64,000 nt of DNA, taken from Bugula neritina. Lineage: Eukaryota > Animalia > Bryozoa. The translations under genes were made by a program, and so were the position numbers. The number at the start of each line of letters is the position of its first letter. Position 1 is the stretch's first letter. The notes beneath the pieces are model-generated. The model ran no database searches and was not told the origin of the DNA. It worked only from the letters and a program-made list of their open reading frames with translations. Of the stretch, positions 46,801-58,000 are shown piece after piece. Where the stretch lies: the NCBI GenBank assembly GCA_964035545.1, contig OZ037766.1:11708722-11772721 (forward strand). Reading direction: 5' to 3'.

Positions 46801-49800
46801 TGCTCTCGCTTCTGAGCACCCATTACCCTCGCATGCTCCTCCAGGAGGGGAATTTCTTCAAGTCTCTTGGCACGAATGAAGTGGTCAACCTAAACACACA
46901 GTTCAAACAATCTACATGTAGTATGCATTACAAGGTCCAATGTAAACAAGCTTGAAGAACAACAAAACTTCAGACAGCCAGGGATGGCAGATTTTCGTGA
47001 CACAGTGCACCACACCAGGGGGTTCATCCATTTCTGGTCCTAGTGATTTGTGCAAGCAGCCGAGAAATATAATTTCATCACATAGTTTTGAAAACATTGG
47101 CTCCAGCACACCAAAAAGCTACTTAGAGGCGTACCTTTTTATCCTGGCTCTTCAATCGCTCTTGCAGCTCTCTTTTCTCTTTTTCTAACTGCTCCACTTG
47201 CTTTTTGAGGATGTCATCTGTGTCTAACTCAGCCAGTTCCTGGAAACGGGCACAAGATACAATAGGAAACGAAGCTACTTCCAACAGGATTAGCACACTG
47301 AATGTAACTTGTCAATTGAACCATGACACCAAAATTTGTCACAATACATCAATCAACTAGAATAGTTATGTAGCATGAAATGAAAACTGCAACAGGGATA
47401 ATGTACCCAGCACAGTCAACCAAACTCCATGCTTTGCCATACCAGATATAAGAGGCCAAAATACTTACCTCTTCAGTCAGCCCTTCAAGAGCCCGTATTC
47501 CGATATCTGTTGTCTTTAGCTGCTCGATACGCTTCTCTGCCTCCTTCTTTCGGATGTTTTCGTGCTCTTGTTGCGCACGCTGTCGTTCACGTTCAGCCAT
47601 TTCTCGCTTGAGGCGGGTTTCTTCTTTTTCCCTCAAAATACGTTGCTTTGTTCTTTCTTTTTCCAATTCCATTTCATCCTAGATAAGAAATTACACAAAC
47701 ACGGTTGACACTTGGAAATAAAGTGCCATGGTTGGAAATTGTTTCAATATGGAAACTTGTCAGTGCCATTTCTTTACAAACCATATTAACACAGCCTGCA
47801 CTTTGTTTGGACACCGTTTTTTTAGGCTCGGTTTGACACCCAGAATGTGTGTGTACAACATACCAGCAACACCCAAGCCAATCAAAAGAACTGATCTAAT
47901 ACTTCAAGAATGATGGTTTACAGTAGTCACAAAACTTATATTACTTTAACGTATATCTAAATACCTTTTCACGATTGATTATTTCCAGCTTTTCCTTCCT
48001 GTTTTCTATGACATTCTTTCGTGTTAAAATCTTTTGCCTGTCTCGCTTTTCTGATTTTCGATAGGCATCAATAATCTTGGCCTTCGTATCCAAATTCGTA
48101 GCCTATGAAAATACAATTATTCCCATGAAAAGCTCTGGAAAAGAACATAAACGAAGAAATTCAATAATATTAGTTTGTCTGGAGTGGCACTGTTACCTTA
48201 TCAGCTTGGTCTGCCTGAAGCTTAGTGATGGCATTGGACAGAGCGCGTGCCATATGCTGTAGCTGGTTACGCAACTGTTCACCTGGCATATGCTGCAAGA
48301 ATGGACCTTCCTCTACATCTTCTTGAAGGCACACATTAAGGTCAGTACCAAAACTCACACTTTGAGTTCTATGATCCAGTCTGATCTGCAAAAAGTTGCA
48401 CCATACTATACGCAGGTTTAAAAGAACTGACATCAATGTAATCATTACTGTTAGTTGTAAGATGCATTTGATATGAGCTGAAAAAAATCTGCCCTCAAAT
48501 AAAAAATACATCAATTTGTATCGGCTCTGTTTGACACCCAGTAAGTCTTAAGAACAGACCAGCAACAGTCAAAGCCTAGGCAAACAAAAGTAAGTCCTAG
48601 ATTAATACTTACAGGTAAATCAATATTCTTAGCAGCTTGTGCAATAATTCTCTCCAGCTCAAATGCTGAAACAAATGGGACGAGCTCACGAAGTCTCTCG
48701 AACTGTATAGACTGGTAGATTTGTGCAACCTGAAAAAAGCAACTTTAAGTTAACACAAATAGACGGTGTGAGGCAATGAATTAAATGTATGTGTAAGTTC
48801 AGTACGAAGCTCTCACAACAAAGCCATTGTGAAGGCCAGAAATGAACTGCTGCTTTTGCCTTGTGCAACACTCTAAAATAACATTAAAGTAGATTTGTTG
48901 TTACACCAAGGCTTAGAATGCGAGAAATTCAAGTTAATAAAACACCTGCTTAATGAGTCGGACAACCATCATCTCCTGCAGAGAGTCTACATAGTGACAG
49001 AGGTCATTTGACTGCTCTAGAAACTTGAGACAGGGTGTTAGCTTGGTTGATAACTTGAGAGGGGAGAATTCAACTTCTAAGCTGTTATAGAGATCCCTCA
49101 GCTCAGGCGAGATGTGTTGCAGAACATTACTCTTAATCTACAACATGAAATATACCGTAACAGGAACACCATTTTACCAAATACATTTTTACCCAAACAG
49201 AGAGTACAGCGTGAGATTGCAGGGTGTGAGATTGCAACAGTGAGTGCTACTAAATTGATTAGTAAGCACCAATAAAACAAGCAAACTATTGTTATAAGCC
49301 CATACAGTTACCACCATAAACATACATTTTTGGTGGTCGTAGATGGGCTATTTGTTAGTGTAACATTAATATATAACACATTCTTACCAGATCTTTGACT
49401 AGAGAAGCTCTAGTGGGTGGAGTGGGCACAGATGCTAGACTGAGGAGGGAAGCTAAGCGACGTCTTTTCTCAGCATCGTTAGATTCTAACAGCTGGTCAA
49501 TCAGGTATCTTGTAGGTGGAATGGGGATGGACAATGTCGAACATAGAACACGGTTGGCAATCCTACAATGAGAGGCGAGATTGTCAGAGCACTTTATACC
49601 CAATAAAGAATTGATTCTTAACTGAGCTCAAACAGGCCCGATTGGTCTAGCACTAGTAAGATAGGAAAGCAATATACTGTATTACGTATATACTCGCTGG
49701 ATAGTGCATCACATCGACACAAGTGAGCAACACTCTTATTACCTCGTTATTTCTTCTGGACTTGGGTTTTTCTTCTGTTCAGAGATGAGAAGGAAGAGGC

Positions 49801-51731
49801 GGTGGCACGCAGCTGCATGGAACAAATGGTTGCCAGACTTCAGAAACACAAGGCTAACATTTTCAAAGTAACTGGCCAATGATGAAGGCTTCGGCACTTT
49901 CTTCGACCTCACAATAAGGTCATGTATATCTTCAACAGCTTTAAAGGCTTCCTATATAAAAGAACAGGCACTAGATCCATCTCTGTACTTGCGTTTTTAT
50001 CAATTTCAAAAACATTATTGCAGTTGATCAGCAGCAAGAAATAGACTGGTTACCTGCCACAGCTCCATACCAATTGCCGAATCTAATTGGTTCAGGCGAG
50101 TATCAAGGTGCATGCTCAGACTTTCTGCATTGTTGAGGGAAACAGCATTCTGCTGTGTGTGAACTTTCTCAATTATCTGCTTCAAGTGATTTCGAAGCTG
50201 AAAAATGAACATAATTTTTAGGATAGAAGTAGAGATGGCTTTTCTTATTTGACCAGAAAGGAGAGAATTTCAGACAGCCGGAGATGGCAGATTTTCGTGA
50301 CACAGAACACCACACTAGGGGGTTCTTCCATTTCTGGTCCTAGTGATTTGTGCAAGCAGTCGACACTAGATTATTCATCATTAATTCTAAAGACTGGCAA
50401 CAGTTGCAGGAAAATTTAAACAAAGGTAAATATAAAACTACAGTATTCTTACATTATCACACAACTTTCTGAACTCGGTCTTCCTTGAATAGGTAGAGCA
50501 AAAGTCAAATGCTTGTTTAGCAATGTCATGGTAAAGACGTTCAACTCGGTTGTTGTTTCGAAGCAGATCTAAGCATTGCCTAAATGACTCCCAGAGAAAC
50601 TTGACCCAAGGTGTGAGTATGGCCCGATCCGATCTATCTTGAGCATCTTCAGCAGTCACAGCCGCAAGCAATAAGCTAAACAAAATACAACACATTTGTT
50701 GTTGGTGGTGACTTTAAAGAGCAAGTAACTTTGTTTATAGTTAGCCTAAAAGATGTAATTGATATTAAAACTATTTGCACACTAATGCAAATAAAAAAAA
50801 ACATCAAGCATTAATCTTGCACTTTTAATAATGGTAATCACCGATCGATACAATCAATAACCCCTCCGAAAGTGCTCATTAAATCATTGAAAACAGATTA
50901 TAAATATGTATGTCAAGAGACCTTTCAGGGGATTGAATGACGTCCAGATCATCAATGTCTAGGCACGATTGGTGAGATTGCTCCCGGGCAGCTTCAGTTT
51001 TTTGAGATGCCAAATTCAGATAAAATCTAATAACTGTATCAAGTGACTTTACATTCACCTGAAAGCAAGACATCAATTGCAATTTGAATTAGTAACACAA
51101 AATAAAAATTTACAGATCTTTAAGCCATAAAAATGGGCTTTCAATATAAATGCTGCCAAAAACTTACCAGCTGGCATATATTTTTGTATTGATATAAACC
51201 TTCTTTAGCAAGGTGACTTTTCTTCAGTTCTACACACAGCTCCAAGTACTTCAACATAATAGGTTCGTGGGTTTTCTGCCATGTTCGGTGCCTTTTACTT
51301 TTAATAACATCATACAGAACTTCAAGAGCTTGCTCTGGTTTTGACACCTCAATAAATTCTAAAATAAAAATAGAATATTATTTCTAACTTACGATAACTT
51401 CATACAATATTTTGTGAAATTCATTTAAAGGAAACTTTTTATATGGTTCTGCAAGCCAATTTAAAACTAAAACTTTGAAATTACTATTAGTAGTAGTATT
51501 AGTACTAAAAGTAAATGCAATTAAAATATCAATATACTAACAATAGACGACACTAACTATTTCTACTAATACTAGTACTACAACATCAACTCTGAGTCTA
51601 AGCGACTAACATTAACATTTAATTACAATAAATTATAATAACAGCAACATCAACGCGAGTTTAATTCTACAAAATTACATACCACTAGCCCGTTTTAAGG
51701 CATTTTCCGGCTTTTGAAAGTACGTTGGCAT
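43832..51731 (-). CDS. EIF3A: Eukaryotic translation initiation factor 3 subunit A, ~20 coding exons
   Basis: [15 protein letters not shown]|EFIEV.K...[42 protein letters not shown], a coiled-coil region and C-terminal RD-rich repeats. Stop TAA at 43832-43834. Confidence 0.97.
44281..44514 (-). ncRNA. SNORA73: U17/snR30-family snoRNA, copy 2
   Basis: Near-identical intronic copy. m1-like AUAUACCUA, m2 AAACCAU, ACA box. Confidence 0.85.
44788..44935 (-). repeat. Coding 27-bp tandem repeat (RDEPPRDR[F/L]) x5 in the eIF3A C-terminus
   Basis: Seen in the translation of ORF 44556..44993. Confidence 0.9.
45004..45238 (-). ncRNA. SNORA73: U17/snR30-family snoRNA, copy 3
   Basis: As copy 2. Confidence 0.85.
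45756..45885 (-). ncRNA. Candidate H/ACA snoRNA, target not identified
   Basis: Hairpin aggcattttgt..acgagatgcct, H box AAAUGA, second hairpin, ACA box, ~130 nt. Confidence 0.55.
46180..46414 (-). ncRNA. SNORA73: U17/snR30-family snoRNA, copy 4
   Basis: As copy 2. Confidence 0.85.
46963..47090 (-). ncRNA. SNORD22: U22 (SNORD22)-like box C/D snoRNA, copy 1
   Basis: C box GUGAUGA, 3' CUGUCUGA, 7-bp terminal stem caaaact/agttttg. Central CUAGGACCAGA..GAUGAACCCCCUGG resembles the recalled U22 core. Confidence 0.75.
47300..47433 (-). ncRNA. Candidate H/ACA snoRNA, target not identified
   Basis: Hairpin agcatgga..ttcatgct with internal loop, H box ACAUAA, second hairpin, ACA box. Confidence 0.6.
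47755..47880 (-). ncRNA. SNORA13: SNORA13/snR35-like H/ACA guide for the 18S m1acp3-Psi site, copy 1
   Basis: 5' pocket GUGUU/GUCAAA is complementary to 18S UUUGAC-U-C-AACAC, 14 nt from the H box. Second hairpin ends in ACA. Confidence 0.75.
48453..48578 (-). ncRNA. SNORA13: SNORA13/snR35-like H/ACA guide, copy 2
   Basis: Same pocket UGUU/GUCAAA, H box AUACAA at 14 nt, unrelated second hairpin, ACA box. Confidence 0.7.
48789..48913 (-). ncRNA. H/ACA snoRNA with SNORA2/SNORA34-type 28S target
   Basis: H box AAAGCA. 3' pocket UCUG/UUCGUAC is complementary to 28S GUACGAA-U-A-CAGA. ACA box present. Confidence 0.65.
49222..49350 (-). ncRNA. Candidate H/ACA snoRNA, target not identified
   Basis: agcccat-ctacg-accacca..tggtggt-aactgt-atgggct hairpin with clear pocket, H box AUAACA, second hairpin, ACA box. 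Confidence 0.65.
49579..49708 (-). ncRNA. Candidate H/ACA snoRNA, target not identified
   Basis: gcacta..tagtgc hairpin, H box AGACCA, second hairpin with gctcagt/attgggt upper stem, ACA box. Confidence 0.6.
50264..50388 (-). ncRNA. SNORD22: U22 (SNORD22)-like box C/D snoRNA, copy 2
   Basis: Paralog of 46963-47090. C box AUGAUGA, D box CUGA, different terminal stem agaatt/aattct. Confidence 0.75.
50751..50876 (-). ncRNA. Candidate H/ACA snoRNA with possible 28S target
   Basis: gcacttt..aaagtgc hairpin, H box AGAUUA, second hairpin ttgatgtt..aatatcaa, ACA box. Confidence 0.6.
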
Positions 51732-51800
51732 GATTCTAGAGTTGGTTATGGCGCCTGCTATAGAACGAAAATGAAGTCCTACTTTCCCGGCCAAAAGCTA

Positions 51801-51825
51801 GGGAAAGAAAGGAAGCTTACACGTG
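51801..51825 (-). promoter_or_regulatory. Putative TCT/5'TOP initiator of eIF3A with adjacent E-box
   Basis: Minus strand cttcctttctttccc ~70 nt upstream of the ATG; CACGTG at 51820-51825. Confidence 0.55.
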
Positions 51826-53479
51826 AGACCTCGCGTACAAAACGATAGAAAATTGTTTAGCCGCAAATAGATATTTCAATAAAATGCGAAAATTTTAATT
51901 ATTTTTTTATTTAGTGTTTGTAAATAATATTTTGATTAACAAAGGGTATTTAAAAATTTAAGTGATCAACTATCAACATTGAGCCTTTCAATGATGCTAT
52001 CATTATAGAGAGCTTCTACAGCTAAATTAATATTGGTGAACAATAAAGAAGTTCGCCAAGGAGAAGGCAAATCTCTTCAAATGGAATTGCATTATTATTT
52101 CCACATAACTTATTCGCTTCTGTAGTACAGTTTGTAGTTATGCAAACCCACAAAAACAGAGCCATATTCATTTAATTAGGTTTCAAGTCCTACAACATCA
52201 TCGGAGGATGTTGTTACATATTATATTATTTATAAATTATATAGATGTGGTGCTGTGCTATACAACTTCAAATTGCTAAGCTTGTCCTAGTTTACAGATT
52301 AATGCTATTATATTTCATTTGAGAACTAGAGTTGTGTAACTAGTAAGAGTGTAGTATATCTGATTTGAATAAGCTCTACACGTCTATATTTACTGTTTGA
52401 GGAATGAGTTTTTATGCAGCTAGATACAGTTACGTTGAAATGAGCATACTATATTTTATTTAATGACACTGATGACAGTGATTTTAAATTTAAAGTCCAT
52501 CAAATACTATTAGTAAGTCATCAGTAAGTTTCAAGATTTGTCCACCCCCCTTATATCAGTGTAATGCTAAATAGATGGATATCACTAACTTATATACAAA
52601 GATTGATTGCTAATATTTTTGCATTGCATCCCACATATGTACGAAAGTCAGTTATTCCTTCTAGACTTTTGATATACCTAAAGAAGCTGTTATATGAATC
52701 TCAGAGTATTATTGCAAGAACATTAGTTGACTACTTCTCCTCTCTGTGATGATGAGATACTATGGTCATGGACATATATATAGCCATGGACAGTATTGGT
52801 TGTAGATCTCTTAAGTTTAAATCATTTTAATATTTTTAGGCATTCAAGACTAGAGGCAAATTCACCAGTAAATATATGCAAATAAGTAGTCATATTATCC
52901 CTAATATAAAATCCAGTTACATTCTAATAATATTATTACTGAGTCGATCATCATTTTTGATGAACTTTTAACTTTAATTTGAAGTTGTCCTCCCTTGGAA
53001 ACTTTTCCTAATGTTTATTAGAAGGTTTGCCAGTTGATGCCAGGCTCGTTCAAAATTTCATAAATATATAAGTGTTTACAAGTTACTGACTTTCTCTGAT
53101 CACAATTTTTAATATAATTATTTTTATATGTGTTTGAATATGCACATGGAATGCAAATAACACTTATATGTTATATATGTTGATGCTGGACAATATGTAT
53201 AAAATTATTTTTACAGTCTATAAAAAACAAACCTATTATCCTTCATATGTATATTTTATATTCAAAATGAAATTATTTATGTTACAAAGTTAGAAATTTT
53301 ATTTGTAATGGCATTGATATTCTATATAATAATCAAATAATATATCTATTAGTAAATATTGTTAATTATTTATGAACCTTTTGCACAGGGTATATCGTCT
53401 TCGCTCATGTGCTCAAGCTGCTTGTGGAAACCAGATATATATTATTTTTAAATTATTATTAAAAGAAAATCACACAAGT

Positions 53480-53665
53480 TTATAGTTGCCATCCCTGTGA
53501 GAAACTCTTAATCGAAAAGGCTACGGACTCATCAGATGTGGTACAGGAGCAATCATGACTGGATGCTCTTCCTATAGCAATGTCAATGGCCTTTGTCAGA
53601 GTTCGAGCCCATGACTCCGTGCTTATACTATGCGAACGCTCTAACCCCCTAGACCATGACCTACA
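53480..53665 (-). mobile_element. tRNA-derived SINE, family A
   Basis: Reverse strand has A-box-like tggtctaggggttagagcg, B-box-like ggctcgaactc, core taggaagagcatccagtcatgattgctcctgt and tail tctcacagggatggcaactataaac. Confidence 0.7.
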
Positions 53666-54989
53666 CCATTCGCATAAATAATAAGTAAAAAGAAGCTTGT
53701 GGCTAGCACTTTGTAGAAAGATTTGTCATCACTCCCTAGCTAGCAGAAATATTCCAATATAAACTGCATGCACAAAAATATATAAACTTGATTTTGTTAA
53801 ACAATATCTCACCCAGACATTGTTCATATATAAAAAATTATTCTATATAGCATTATAATATCTTATTTACTAGCAAATGCTGTTGTAATAATTTGGTTAA
53901 ATTTAGCTTAAAATGGCTTTCAATTTTGATCAATGTTTATTTTCATTAATTTTATTCAAATTTTGATGTATATAATAAGAGTATATTTGTTATATGTAGA
54001 CGTCCCATTTGTATTTTTATCCGTTGCAAATGAAAAACAAAGCTACATATGCCTCATTTGTTAGTAGCTGTTAGTTTGCATAAGTAAACAAAAATGTTTT
54101 CATAAAAAAGTATTCTAATACAATTTAAAAAGAATAATGTAACGTTGTAGCTCAATATAATAATTTAAGCTAGTGAGTTAGCACTAGCCATTTTAAAACT
54201 TGTCAACCTTGAAAGTTATTAGATTCTTCTATCAGGTACTCTTGAAAAAAAACTTAGAGCTCTTGTTAATTATTTAAACAGTTTGCTGATTTAAATTTTT
54301 TGTTAGTCTGCCACGTTTCAGACATGAAAATTATGTATTTTATGTTTGCATCAATTATACAGCTTATGTTCTCAAACTTATTATTAAACAATACAGTATA
54401 CACTTTTAATTTGATAAGAACATTCTTCATGTGCTTTCATTGGATAATATAGTTAAAAGTATTAAACCATAACAAGTTACAAACTTACAAAGTCTGCAAA
54501 TAATATACATATAGCTGTATTCTATGAAGCACTGAAAGTATTTACATCTAAACTATATTTATTTTGACAAGTAAGTTTTAGGAAATTAGGGGTACAATAC
54601 ATATATATGAGTTAGAAAATTTGAAATCTCTATCTCCAGCTGTTATAAAGTTAAGAATTAAGATAACATATTTTAGGGAACTAATGGAAAACAAGTCAAG
54701 AATGTAAACAAAACTAAAATAACTAACAGTGGCTGAATATTTTTAGCTATTAGTAGTTGTTATTATGTCTATAAAACCTGCTAATTCCAACATTGTTTGG
54801 TGAAGTGCTACCTATGTATAGGCTATAAAACTCACGCAAGTGTTATAGACTGAGTTATAGGCTATAGCCTACACTATATTTTTTAAATTTTTCCTGCATA
54901 ACTGAGAATTTTGCTCAGTAATGCCTAGCAGCTTTTTTTCTATGAACACACTAAGCTGGTCTGATCTTACCTGTCTCTGCTCTGTCCTG

Positions 54990-55044
54990 TAGGGTAGGGG
55001 TAGGGGTAGGGGTAGGGGTAGGGGTAGGGGTAGGGGTAGGGGTA
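54990..55044 (+). repeat. (TAGGGG)n tract with G-quadruplex potential
   Basis: About 8 GGGG runs separated by TA. Confidence 0.92.
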
Positions 55045-58000
55045 GGGGTAGGGGTAGGGGAGGGTTGCTAATTAGCTGATCTGATGATATGTCTTATAAA
55101 TAGCTGTAAATGAAAATTGCATGCAGTTTATTAAGGTTATGACTTAGGATATCTATATGTTTTGAAATTACTTCCTGTTTCTTAAAGTTAGCTACAGAAA
55201 TAGAACTATCAAAATATTTTGTTAACTGAGTTGTAATAATATTTTAAATTAGTGGTATTTATATTTTCAGCATAACTTCAGAAATAAAAATAAGTAAGCA
55301 GCCAATATGCTAAATTAGAAGAAAAATTTAATTACTATATACTAGCTAACAACATTAATTACAGTCACAATATTCATTTAATTATTGGGTTTTATTTTTT
55401 ATGTTTTATAGCTGCAGTGAGACCTGATCTACAACACATTTTCAAGATGTTGAATGGATAACTCTACCATCAGTATAATAATATTTTCATGCGCGTTGGA
55501 ATGGGCGTGACTCCAAAACATTTCACGTAAGCTGATTGGACATAGATGGAGACAGAACTGTTATTACACATTTTTGTAACGAAGTTGGATCTCAAATAGT
55601 AATACTGAGAGTAAATATGTAATTGTCAAATTGATTATATTATTTATAAAACCATTTAATTTCCTAATCATTACAACTCTTGTAATGGAAAATATTCACT
55701 TTGCGTTTGTATTTATTCTAGCTTTAGTCTTATACTCTTCTACTTTTGCTTTTAGTCTAAGGCTAATGAATAATGATGAAATTAAATAATTATCAATCAT
55801 CAAATTCAATTATGATTATTCAATAATTCAATGTCATTGCTGTCATTCAATCACAATCACAATATTGATAACTCTTGTCCTGGCACCAAGCCTAAGGCTA
55901 ATACTTACTAATACTAATAGAGTAACACTAATACTAATAGTAATACTAATACAGTAATAGTAATACTAATAGTTACTTATACTTATAGTTATTTATATTA
56001 TAATTATTAATTATAGTAATAGTAATACCCATACTCATAGTCATAGTCGTAATAAATAATCATACTGATACAGGATACTCATAGTCATACTGATATAGTG
56101 ACAATCATAATGATAATCACAATCATAATGATAGCATTAGTCAGGATTGCTATGAGACTGAGCCGTAAAATGTTCTAGATTCTTTGGGATAAAAATTAGT
56201 ATAATCCTATGGGCTATCGACATTGATGATTAGCGGTGATTTAATGTTGAACTGGATAGTCTTACTCATAGTGATAGTCAGAGTTTACTCAGTTTAGTCA
56301 TAGTTATAATCAAATCCTTTAAAGTTGATGATGAATCACAATCTTGAAGTTTTAGTTAATGAGTATTAATAGTTACTATGAGTTAGGCTAGAGGTGTATC
56401 ACTATGTCCTAAATTTAAAATATGTTATATAAATGTTAATATTTTATATGCATAACTATAATCATGATGATGCTGTCACTGTGTAATTATAATAATAGTT
56501 ATTGCTATTCTACCTCCCATAAACTGATAAGAAATCATAATAATGATGACAAGAATAATAATTTTTATTAGCATACTTAGGCCTACTCTTTATTTTGATT
56601 ATTTATATTTATGCTGTTACAGTGTAAATATAAATATATTAGTTAACAATTACAATTTTTGTCTTGGTGTAACAATTACCATTATAAAACAGTGGATAAG
56701 CACAATTTTTATTATTTTAAGTTTGGGAACTCTTAGGTTATAGTTGTGATATACTTTTTAGCAAAAAGTAAAAGCTGTTGTAGAGAACATAGGAAGTAGT
56801 CTAGATTTCGCATTAAGGTTGATTTTTCATTTAATAGCTGCTCAGGTTACCATAAGTATCTGATTTCAGCATCTCCTAGCTTTGCTTTATGCTGTTTAGA
56901 GGGCTCTCTATTTTGATTGATGTCAACCATTTCTCATAATTACTATGTGCCTTTTTTATATCCTTGAGTTTCATTAATCTTTTAGCTTCAATTCAATTTG
57001 CTATCATCATTGGTATGTGTATGATTATGAGTCATATTCTTACAAAATAGCTTATTAATTTATTATTAAAATTGATTTAATTCTTGTTTTACTCCAATCT
57101 ACTTGCTCAGCAATAGCAATTACAATTCCTTGCCTAACTGTTAGACTTGAACATTTTGATTTAATTCTGCGCACATAACTCAGTCTGAGAAGTCTGAGAA
57201 GGATGAAACTTGGTCAACTTCATAATTACAAATGACATTCAAATAGGTGATGATGATCACATCGACTGAAAAATAATAGAAATCACTCAAAGCGGTGGTT
57301 TATTTTATTAGAAAGATTTCGTAGTAATATAGACAGGATACATAGTGAAGGCATATTATGATAGGGGTTTTCCTTATATTTTAGTTATGAGTAAGTATAT
57401 CAGAATAGAGATCTAAACCTGCAGGTTCATAATTACTGTTATTGCTTAAGTGTTAATGCAGCATATATATTTAGTTAGGTCCTGATTCATCTGTCTCTAT
57501 CAGCACCATCTTGTCCAACTACTAGTTGCAAGTGTTGTTATTAGTATTATTAGAAGCAACATATTGATGCCAAAGGTACTAGCCTTTGTGTCATGCATAA
57601 TCTCACCCCAAACACCACTACAATTCAGACAGAATATCTTTGAGTGCAGTTCTGTTTGAAACATTGGATATTGTTACATTATCTAAGACTTATTTAGTGT
57701 TGATAGTTTGGCTATTCTCTACTTGGTTTATCTAAGCATCTCCTTATTTCACCTGTGAGAACTTTAAGTTCCGATAAGCTTGCACAAATACAGCAAGTTG
57801 AGTAGACATGACATATACAAACACTTTTCATTCAATTGGCAAATCTGTAGTTTTGAATATAAAACAATAGGGACTTAGGCAATTTTATTCTCACCCAATG
57901 CCAGTGTGTTGGTATATCGTACACCTATAGCTTTTGTTAACTTTTCAGCTTTGACAAATGCTTGCAGCATTTTTATAGTTAATTAATTCAATTTCATTTA

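Noticed and set aside
53500-53545. CUGAUGA hammerhead ribozyme core in a SINE copy
   Set aside because: No stem II-GAAA-stem III arrangement follows.
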